Assembly: GCA_951406725.2 (NCBI GenBank)
Contig: OX597835.1
Coordinates: forward strand, 31,496,001 to 31,560,000
DNA: 64,000 nucleotides
Direction: 5' to 3'
Source of the DNA: Octopus vulgaris
Taxonomy: Eukaryota
Numbering within the stretch: position 1 is the first letter of the stretch; every line of letters begins with the position of its first letter. Of this stretch, positions 1 through 64,000 are shown piece after piece. A program made the position numbers and the translations under genes. The notes below the pieces were generated by a model. The model was not told the DNA's origin and ran no database searches. It worked only from the letters and a program-made list of their open reading frames with translations.

Positions 1-536
1 TGTTTCAGTCATTTGAATGCGGCCATGCTGACAAAGCGATGCTCCAGCTTGGATAAAGTCTAATGCCAAAAAGAAGCTGCCCGAAGTACCCTCTCCATCG
101 GATCTTCTCAGCAGTAACTATCATTAAACTTTCCAACTGTATTCCTTAGCCTGACCAACTGAGACTATGGATATCATCCAACCATCTCCGGTCTTGATCC
201 ACCTTTAGGGTACCTAAAAGCTGTGAGGGTACAGTCCTCAAGCACCTTTTCCATAGTGTCCTATCAGAATCCACCATCATTACACTCTCTGACTGGTTTC
301 CGAAGCGTGACCAATTCAGACTATGGAAATCATTGAACCATCTCGGTCTTGTTCTACTCCTTCCACTCCTGCCGTTTGGATCCACTTGAAGAAAATGTCT
401 TGCGATTCTTTCCTGCGACGTTATTATTCGCATGTCTGTCGGAGGCCGTTTAGCTTCAAGGTTAAAGCACCCAACCGATAACTGAATTATACGGATTCGA
501 TTCCCGTAGCCTATCTTCTGGCAACTTTTCTGATGA

Positions 537-930
537 GGCGACGAGCTGGCAGAAACGTTCGCACGCCGGGCGAAATGCTTAGCGGTATTTCGTCTTCTAT
601 TACGTTCTGAGTTCAAATTCCACCGAGGTAGACTTTGCCTTTCATCCTTTCGGGGTCGATTAAATAAGTACCAGTTACGCACTAGGGTCAATATAGTCGA
701 CTTAATCCGTGTGTCTGTCCTTGTTTGTCCTCTCTGTTTTTAGCCCCTTGTGGGTTGTAACGAAATAGGTATCTCATCCGTCGCTATGTTCTGAGTTCAA
801 ATTCCGCCGAGGTCGACTTTGCTATTCATCCTTTCAGTGGTCGATAAAATATGTACCAGTTGAAAATTGGGTCGATGTAATCGACTCATCCGCACTTCTC
901 CCAAGCTGCCCTTGTGGCAAAAATTTGAAA
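537..930 (+). mobile_element. tRNA-derived SINE family A (partly dimeric copy)
   Basis: A-box-like AGCTGGCAGAAACGTT, B-box GAGTTCAAATTCC and body CTTTCATCCTTTCGGGGTCGATTAAATAAGTACCAG, repeated internally. Similar copies near 15.7k, 16.1k(-), 26.1k, 51.2k, 52.9k, 53.7k, 58k(-), 59.7k(-) and 61k. Confidence 0.8.
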
Positions 931-1329
931 TAATTATTGTTCTCATGTCCGTGGAACCAGAGCTGTGACCAAAAAATCGATGCTGAGTACCAACTCGAAC
1001 TGGAGAGGCACTCTGATCTCTGGAGTATATGTTATAATCTTCAAATATGGAATACCTTGTTTACAGAGGTTTTGAACCAGGGCCTCGTATTTTCAACATA
1101 ACTCAATTTTTGTTAAAAAAAACAACAAAAAACATCCTATAAAATCGTGTTGAAAGCTACTAGGACGCTGTGTAATTTAGAAATAAGGAATTCATCATCT
1201 AATGACAGAAACAAGTAAAAAATAAACGTTAAAAGATGTCTGCGGAAAACTCAGACACTTATATTTCAATTTGGCCATAGGGAAGTTGAGCTGATCGAGC
1301 AATTGACTGCTCAAACCAACAGAGGATCC

Positions 1330-1928
1330 ATCATCACTACCACCACCAACACCAAGACCGCCACCACCACCACCAAGACCGCCACCACCACCACCATCAC
1401 CACAACAAACATCACCACCACCAACACCACCACTACCATCACCATCAACAACAACAACACGACGACGACGACGACCACCACCACCACCACCACCACCATT
1501 ATCACGATTATCACCTTCATTGATATTCAGCACCGACACCGCAACCAGCATCATCACCATCATCATCATCATCATCATCATCTCCATCGTCGTCGTCATC
1601 ATCATCATCATCATCACCATTTCCACCACTACCATCATCATCGTAATCATCACCATCATCATCGTTGTCATCATTATCATCATTGCCACTACTACCACCA
1701 AATTCAGCATAGACATTATCATCGTTGTCGTCGTCGTCGTCATCACCGCCATGACTACCCCAGCGTTTAAGTTTTATGTACATGAAATTAGTAGACAAGA
1801 TCAAATGCTGTTCGTTGACAGAAAAACTGAGTGACAACTGACAGCCATATTATTACGGATATTTTGATTTATTTGCGATAAACACACACACACACACACA
1901 CACTGACACACGAACACACAGACACACT

Positions 1929-1977
<49 letters not shown>

Positions 1978-2170
1978 ACACACGAACACACAGACACATA
2001 CACACACTGATACATACACACACTGACACACACACATTCTCACCAGCTTTCAATTACAAGTTAACGATCAACCTTACCACCCCGCTATAACACCACCACT
2101 CCAGCTACTGCTGCTACTGGTGGTGGTGGTAGTGGTGGTGGTACTGGTGCTGCTGGGGCTATAGCTACCG

Positions 2171-2220
<50 letters not shown>

Positions 2221-2306
2221 GATGGTGCTGCTTTTGCTTCGCTTCTCAGTCTCTTCCAACCTCTCCTCCCCCTCCTCCTACCCTCCTCATCACCCTCCTC
2301 TTCCCT

Positions 2307-2380
<74 letters not shown>
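1330..2380. repeat. Compound microsatellite block (ACC/ATC, CA, CTA)
   Basis: Visible tandem tri- and dinucleotide runs; source of the poly-T/H/D/V ORFs. Confidence 0.95.
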
Positions 2381-2381
<1 letters not shown>

Positions 2382-3103
2382 AGGAATAGAACGCTCAGTA
2401 GACAAATGTTTCGAGTGTGTACCCAGCAAATGTATTCGGGCAAGATGTTATTACTTCCCATTTCTAACACGGGGGGAGGGGGGCAGGTTAATCTTCTATC
2501 GATCTCATCCTACCTACCGCTCAGTCCGAAAACGGTTTCTCTTTATCAAGGGGGATTAAAAAAGCATAAACTACAGCGTTCGGAGTCATATGACAAACAA
2601 TTCTAAACGTTTTCTTATGTTGTACTGAAATTAAGAAACCATGGTTCTATAATTTCTGTAACAGATGCCAAAATAACACCTGAATGGTTGTCTCTTTTAG
2701 GATTCTAATAAATTTTAGTCCAAAAATAAAACTTTTTTCTCTGACAGTAATTGCAAAGAAGAAAAAATGAAAAAAAAAGCATTAATCTACTATGGGAGAT
2801 AACTCCATAAACCTTTTTAGAGAGTAACTTCCCTTCATTTCTGAAGGGTCACGACTTTATTATTTTCTTTATTACGTCAATTATTTTGAATCGTTGGACT
2901 GCGACCTGTGCTGGGGCACCGCCTCGAAACATTTAATCGAACAACTTGATCACAATAATTATCCTATGGTTCTCTTTCAGGAAACTGGTCATTACGGAGA
3001 TGTAAACATGCCAACACCGATTGTAAAGCGGAGGACAAACAGAAGCACTAAGACACTCCCACACATGTATATGTATGTGTGCGTTTGTGTGTGTGTGTGT
3101 GTT

Positions 3104-3155
<52 letters not shown>

Positions 3156-3372
3156 TGTATGCTTGTGTGTGTGTGTGTGATATAGTTATACAGGCGCAGG
3201 CCTGACTGAGTTGTAAGAACCTTGCTTAGTTTATATATATATATATATGTGTGTGTGTGTTTATATATGCATATATATACATACATATATATATATATAT
3301 ACATATACATACACACACATACACACACACACGCACACACATGCACACACATATACATATACATATTTATAT

Positions 3373-3423
<51 letters not shown>

Positions 3424-3830
3424 TATATACATATACACGCACGCACAGATATATATATATATATATATATATATGCGTGTGTGTGTGTGTGAGTTATGTA
3501 TATATGTTGAGCAAAAGCCGTACGTACGCCGCTAATATATATGCATGTATATATATCAATGTGTTTGTCTTTCTGTCGGTGCTTGTGCTTTTTCTTGACA
3601 ACTGGTGTTGGTGTGTTTGCATCCCCACCCACATAGATTAGTGGTTCGGCTAAAGGGACCGATAGAGTAAGTACCAGGCTTTTAAAAAGAATACTGTAGT
3701 CGATTCATTCGACTATAGATTCAAGCCAAGCCCCAGCATGACCGCAGTCCTAATGACTGAAACAAGTAAAAGTAACAAATGAAAGATCTCTCACCTTTTC
3801 TCTCTATTTCACTCTCTCTCTCTCTGTCTG

Positions 3831-3883
<53 letters not shown>

Positions 3884-3884
3884 G

Positions 3885-3928
<44 letters not shown>

Positions 3929-3969
3929 CATTCGAACTAGAGATCGTGATTGCAAGTTGTTCGATTAAA

Positions 3970-5025
3970 TGTTTCAGACTTGTTTGTAGACGTCTTGGCA
4001 GCGGTGTACTGTAACTGGCAGCAAAACGGGAGCATCCCTGATTTTGTGAGCTGAGGAGCCGTAACACTGCTGAAGAAAGATCTAAACAAGGGGGGCGTAG
4101 TAGATAACTTTAGGCCCATCACTCTGCTTAATGCAAACTTGAACATTTTGGCCAAGGTGTTAGCCAAGAGGTTGGCGCTTGTCATCGAGAAACTGGTCAA
4201 GTCGCAAACGTGCGCCGTGTCGGGCCGGACCATCCATGACAACCTCCATCTGATGTGCTACATCATAGATATGGTAGTTAAAGAACCTGTTATGAGTGGG
4301 GCCCTGATCAATTTGGATCAATCGAAAGATTTAGATAGGGTAGACCATCGATACTTGGAGGTGTCCTGAGAGCGGCTGGTTTCGGTCCCGTCTTCTGCGG
4401 CTGGATAGCCACTTTGTACAGAGGTATCCGTTCGGTAATTCACGTAAATGGACATCTATCGAGACCTTTCGACATTGCACGTTCGGTCCGGCAGGGATGC
4501 CCCCTATCGTCGCTTCTCTACATATTGAGTCTCGCGCCATTATTGCGGAAGCTGGCGACTCTGAGGGGCATCCCGCGAGAATTGGGATGCGGGACGAGCG
4601 TGTCTGCATACGCGGACGACGTCACCGTCATAGTGTCTAGCCACGAGCACATCGAGCTGGTTAAAATGGGGACTGGGCATGCTGCTGTTGATGATGCGCA
4701 GACACGCGCTGAGACTACGACATCTCCGGCTCTATGTAGACGACGGTGAACAGGTGTGGTCGCCGTTTGTGAGGAACGCTTTCCCGCAGCTCTTCTCCAT
4801 GACAGAACTGCAGTCGTGGATCAAAAAGAGGCCGAGGAATGGCGAAAGGCACCGCGAGTGTCGCGTTGCTCTCAAGCAACTATGGCGTCCCAGGTCGACC
4901 TTGAGCGACTTCAATACAACCAAAGCATTCTATAAGGGATTAGTGGAGGGGAGGTACGACGACGAGCTCGGGGCGAACCTCAATTATCACTTGAAAAGGA
5001 AAGTGAGAGTAGAGAGGCAAGTTTC
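3970..5025 (+). mobile_element. Degenerate Tx1/L1-clade LINE ORF2 fragment (RT plus C-terminal pieces, internally deleted)
   Basis: NFRPITLLN, AKVLAKRL, GRTIHDN, RSVRQGCPLS and YADDVT motifs, with stops and frameshifts; the 3' part is near-identical to the copies at 33.9k and 36.1k. Confidence 0.9.
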
Positions 5026-6054
5026 AAAAAAGAAACATAATTATAGCATTTATGTGCTTCGAGATCCAATTCTTATAATAAAGAAAAAAAATATTTCTCG
5101 TTCTCTCCAAGTTTCTAAATTCTTATGACGTCAACAACCCAATTCTCAGTGATAAGAATAAACTTACTATAATGAACAGACAAATTCAAAGGATTGCTTT
5201 TATCAAATGCTAGAGTACCCGTTATGTTAACAGATGTGAGTTCGATTGCCACGGACAACCATCTACTTTTCTGTCCAAAGGCTTTTAAACCCAATATTTA
5301 TATATTATTATTTATAGTATTTACGTGCTTCCAGATCCAGTTTCACCCGCCTCCACTATCACTCCTCCAAAATTATTTATCGTTCTCTCTAAGTTTCTAA
5401 ACTGGATGTCCAAATTCGAAGGATCATTTTGATCAAACGGTAGAACATCTCTTAAGTTCACAGTAGATGTGGGATCGTAGACCACGAGCACCCTTCAACT
5501 TTTTTTTTTATGTAGAAGGTTATTATTTTTCTACCCCAATATTTACCCGTAAATATCTAAAACTATATATGCATTGAGATACTGTGTTCCAAAACTGTAA
5601 AAATTCAGTTACACTTATCTTAGGTGCTTCGCAGTGGAATCGAACCGGAGAATTCGTGATATCCAAGTGAACTTGTTAACCCTTTCAAACACACCTACGC
5701 AGCAGTCCATTTCTTCATAGACAACTCACACACTCACACACGCCATTCGTCCTTCTCTTTGTCCGCACCGCCCTTGTGTGACAATAATGTCATTGGCCAT
5801 ACGTCGTTGTTGAAACATTTAAAACCGGACGTTTCGCCACCTGGACAAATTGAGAACTACTTCTAAACTTGTCAATTGTTCCTCTTCTCAAGCCCACACC
5901 TATTGACATAAAATCTTTACTTAACATTGACTCAATCTCGCATTCAAAGTCTCTCATTTTACACGTGTATCTCCGACTTCGTTTTACACTTCCGTTTCTT
6001 CCATTTCGTTTTTTTGATTTTGTTCTTTTCTCTTCGGGTGTTTTACAAATAGTA

Positions 6055-6450
6055 GGCGCAGGAGTGGCTGTGTGGTAAGTAGCTTGTTTACCAACCACAC
6101 GGTTCCGGGTTCAGTCCCACTGCGTGACATCATGGGCGAGTGTCTTCTACTATAGCCTCGGGCCGAGCAAAGCCTTGTGAGTGGATTTGGTAGACGGAAA
6201 CTGAAAGAAGCCCGTCGTATATATGTATATATATGAATGTACGTGTATGTTTGTGTGTCTGTGTTTGTCCCCCTACACAACCGATGCTGGTGTGTTTATG
6301 TCCCCGTAACTTAGCGGCTCGGCAAAAGAGAACGATAAAATAAGTACTGGGTTTACAAAGAAGTCCCGGGGTCGAGTTGCTCGATTAAAGGCGGTGCTCT
6401 AGCATGGCCGCAGTCAAAATGACTGAAACAAGTAAAAAGAGAAAAAAGAG
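6055..6450 (+). mobile_element. tRNA-derived SINE family B (CORE-like segment, internal microsatellite)
   Basis: Head GGCGCAGGAGTGGCTGTGTGGTAAG...GGTTCAGTCCC, CORE-like (C/A)TGGGC(A/G)AGTGTCTT segment, tail GCATGGCCGCAGTCAAA(A)TGACTGAAACAAGTAAAA; matches the copies at 29.8k and 51.9k. Confidence 0.85.
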
Positions 6451-6775
6451 AAATATATAACTCCGCCATATTTGCTTTTCATCATTTTTCTCTGCTTCTT
6501 TCTTTAATGTATCTGTCTTTCTCTTTTAACTTTTACTTGTTTACAGTCATTTGACTGCGGCCATGCTGGAGTTACACCGTCATGAAGAGTTTTAGTCGAA
6601 CATATCGACAGCAGGATATGCTTTACTTTTTAAAGCCTAGCATTTATTCTATCGATATATCTTTTGCCGAACCGGTAGGTTATGTGGACGTAAACACAAC
6701 AACACCAGTTTTCAAGCAGTGTGAGACAAACACAGATTCAAAGACACATAAATACATACATACATACATACATAC

Positions 6776-6813
<38 letters not shown>

Positions 6814-6877
6814 GTGTGTGTGTGTGTATTTATACACACACATTCATATATACACGCACATCACGCGCAGATATCTA

Positions 6878-6910
<33 letters not shown>

Positions 6911-6945
6911 CTTTCTCTATCTCTCTCTCTATCTCTTTCTCTCTC

Positions 6946-7015
<70 letters not shown>

Positions 7016-7018
<3 letters not shown>

Positions 7019-7076
7019 CCATATCGGACCCAATTTCAGAGTTAGTTCATAAGAACCTTCCCTTCATCAGCGATAA
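7016..7076 (-). ncRNA. Type I hammerhead ribozyme (inverted copy)
   Basis: Minus strand TTATCG-CTGATGA-[AGGG...CTCT]-GAAA-[TTGG gt CCGA]-TA-TGGTAA; its stem differences from the + copy are G-U compatible. Confidence 0.7.
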
Positions 7077-7375
7077 ATGCGGCCCTTACTTATAAATTGT
7101 TTATAAATTTAACCTTTAAAGGTATTTTTTAATATGCTGGCCATTGATAGATTTTTCTTCGAAAAGATTGTATCCTACGTTAGATGTTAATTTAATAGTA
7201 TTCACTTCCGAACTCCCTCACTTTGCGAGAGTTTTTAGTTCGAATCGCACGTGTCTCGAGATGGGCTAGAGAGTTTCTATTTTGGATATATTTGGCGTAC
7301 TTAGTTGTGCTCATGACTTAGTGCTCGCTTCTTCCATGGGTATAAGTAGGTATTTCACTTATTCCTTTGCCGCAT

Positions 7376-7436
7376 TTATCACTGATGAAGAGAAGTTTCT
7401 AATGAACTAACTCTGAAATCGGGTCCGATATGGTAA
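7376..7436 (+). ncRNA. Type I hammerhead ribozyme (canonical core)
   Basis: TTATCA-CTGATGA-[AGAG...CTCT]-GAAA-[TCGG gt CCGA]-TA-TGGTAA; all three stems can form; predicted cleavage after A7430. Confidence 0.75.
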
Positions 7437-7682
7437 TAACGGATTTTTTTAGAAATTTCTATTGGCTTTTTTCGAAATACGTGCTTATAGTGATAAATTA
7501 CATGGTTATTGACGTTGTCTATTTTCGGCATATTATGGTATTAGAATTTTTTTTCTTTTGCTCTCACTTATAAATTGTTTATAAATTTAACCTTTAAAGG
7601 TATTTTTTAACATGCTGGCCATTGATAGAATTTTTTTCGAAAAATTTTATCCTACATTAGATATATTTTATTTATTTATTAT

Positions 7683-7720
<38 letters not shown>

Positions 7721-7735
7721 TAGATAGATAGATAT

Positions 7736-7851
<116 letters not shown>

Positions 7852-8473
7852 CTATATATATATATATGAGTCTGGGGGCGCGTGAAGTAGTGGTCATTGC
7901 CCTTACGTTTACGAATTGGTGTGTTCTGTCCCTGTTCCGATGGCGCTGCACCGTCCTCTCGAGCAAAACATTTCATTCATTGTTCAGCGTTGTTCAGCGA
8001 CCACTTTGACATCTAAGCAGTGTCACTCCGTGCACCTGTACAGCTATATAAATATTCAATCAAGACCCAATATGACAGTCGAAAGGAATTTAACAGATCA
8101 AAGATAGAATATAAATGCATGCCACAACGAAAAACGAGTGTCTATGTTTCAGTGCTATTTACATGTACGTGGTACGCGTGGCGTAGTGATTTGGGTGTTG
8201 CACTAACGATTTACGTGATCGTGGGTCCAAATGCTACACTGGGATGGACTGGAGGGTGCGTTGTAATTTTTTCTAGCAAAATACTTCATTTGATGTCGCT
8301 CTGCCATCCCTTTGACATCTGAAGAGTGACACTCCGTGCACCTGTCCGGACGACGTCGATTTGATGAAGGGAGTGAAGCTAGTGTGCAGCTCAAACACCT
8401 GTGCAGGTTGTTCAGCAACAAATTGCAGTAACCTTATACGTCGTCTACGACAAGACGGTTCAATTTATACAAA

Positions 8474-12330
<3,857 letters not shown>

Positions 12331-12556
12331 CACACACACGCAGAGGCATTTCCGTAAACACAAATACATTCTTACGCCAACATACATATACACACACTCT
12401 ACTTACATATACTTATACCAAGGCAGCGAAGGACAACTCTCGACGTGCAACGAAGCCATACATATACACACATACACTCATAGAAAGCCGACACACTAAT
12501 AGAAACGGACTGACGGTTAAGATTTAAACCTGGAGCGAGACACCTTCTCTGCCATT

Positions 12557-62904
<50,348 letters not shown>

Positions 62905-63018
62905 GTAGGTCCTATTTGCTCGTATTCTTCAGCCAGTCTCTGTGTGTGTATGTTAGAGCACTTGTGTCTATATATCTGCATGTGTGTGTATGTGTGCGTG
63001 TGTGTGTGATCATGTGTG

Positions 63019-63067
<49 letters not shown>

Positions 63068-63514
63068 TTGTGTTTGTATGTGTTCGTGCGTGAGTGTGCA
63101 CATGTATACATAAATATATACATATATAAGACTCTGTGCGAGTGCGTGTATGCATGTATGTATGTATGTATGTATGTATGTATGTATGTATGTATGTATG
63201 TATGTATGTATGTATGTATGTATGTATTTATGTATGTATGTATGTATTTATGTATGTATGTATGTATTTATGTATATATGTGTGAGTGTATGTGAGTGTG
63301 TGTGTGTATGTAGGTTTATATGTACGCATGTACATATGTATATATATAGAAGAGATAGTGTAAAATTTGGATTCAGACAATTAAACAGTACTCGCTGTAA
63401 GCTCGGCATTCAGAGTCCGCTATCAGTTTGCGTCGAAACCATTCACCCTGTATCGTAATGTAATGTGCCCCATGTAACTGAAAATCATAGAATATCCGAA
63501 CAATAAATTTATTC

Positions 63515-64000
63515 TCCTATGTTCTTCTTTTACGTTGATCCTGTTGTCACCAGGGCATGCTATTCGATTATCATACATGTTCTTTCGTTTTTTATTCACC
63601 ACAACAATGTTCGGTTTCCGATGTCTGGTCAGGTGGTTGCACTGGATCATTGCACCCCACAGGATTTTGCAATTCTCATTTTTTGGCGACTCCTGAAATT
63701 TTCTCATACCAGGTATTTGCTTTTTGTAGGTCGTGATTTCCACAGAGCTCCCAATGGATTATTCTTGCCTCATTGTCATGGCGTCTTTTGTATTCGCGTT
63801 GTGCAAATTTCGGGCATTCGCTAACGATGTGCCATACCGTTTCACCCCTCTCAGCACACATTCTGAATTTGTCACTACCGGTAGTGCTGTCTATTCTGCA
63901 CTTCATATAATTGATCCTTAGTGCTTGTTCTTAAGCTGCGCATATGAATGCTTCTGTCTTTATCTTCAGGTCACATCTCCTCATCCATAGCCACCGGTCC
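63515..64000 (-). mobile_element. Degenerate R4/Dong-like retrotransposon fragment (zinc knuckle plus REL)
   Basis: LKIKTEAFICAA*EQAL...RMCAERGETVWHIVSECPKFAQREYKRRHDN...KILW...RKPNIVV. Confidence 0.8.

Larger units (their letters stand above)
7016..7670. mobile_element. Non-autonomous Penelope-like/retrozyme-like element with an inverted pair of hammerhead ribozymes
   Basis: 7016-7084 is an inverted copy of about 7368-7436. About 100 bp at 7088-7187 is repeated directly at 7567-7665. Flanked by TA-rich microsatellite. Confidence 0.65.

Noticed and set aside
146-691. 181-aa minus-strand ORF
   Set aside because: Chimera of an antisense SINE A and a short duplicated segment that may be a LINE tail; not a gene.
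7990-8430. 38-bp direct repeat (about 8003 and 8310) with CTGAAGA and TTGATGA words
   Set aside because: No correctly placed GAAA or stem set; probably an old repeat fragment that I cannot classify.
12400-12556. Core promoter for the oxidase
   Set aside because: No clear TATA or Inr element can be supported, and an upstream non-coding exon cannot be excluded.

Overview
Eukaryotic, AT-rich and extremely microsatellite-dense DNA. The SINE families and repeat load look like a coleoid cephalopod such as Octopus; this is an inference, not checked. One protein-coding gene is present: the first 10 coding exons (12557-62904, + strand, 2077 nt, about 692 codons) of a ceruloplasmin/hephaestin-like six-domain multicopper oxidase. 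All junctions are GT-AG with matching phases, and the gene runs off the right edge. The introns hold tRNA-derived SINEs, Tx1-, CR1- and R4/Dong-like LINE fragments, a Penelope-like (PLE) GIY-YIG endonuclease remnant, Merlin-like and Tc2-like MITEs, fold-back elements and microsatellites. Almost every long ORF in the track is a microsatellite artefact. The least expected signal is a dense set (15 or more) of minimal type-I hammerhead ribozyme motifs and core variants in several unrelated non-autonomous elements. These include a 362-bp tandem retrozyme-like array with a U3-A8 covariant core, a tRNA-headed SINE-like element carrying a hammerhead, and palindromic elements with a hammerhead in each arm. 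All structures were folded by eye and none has been tested.
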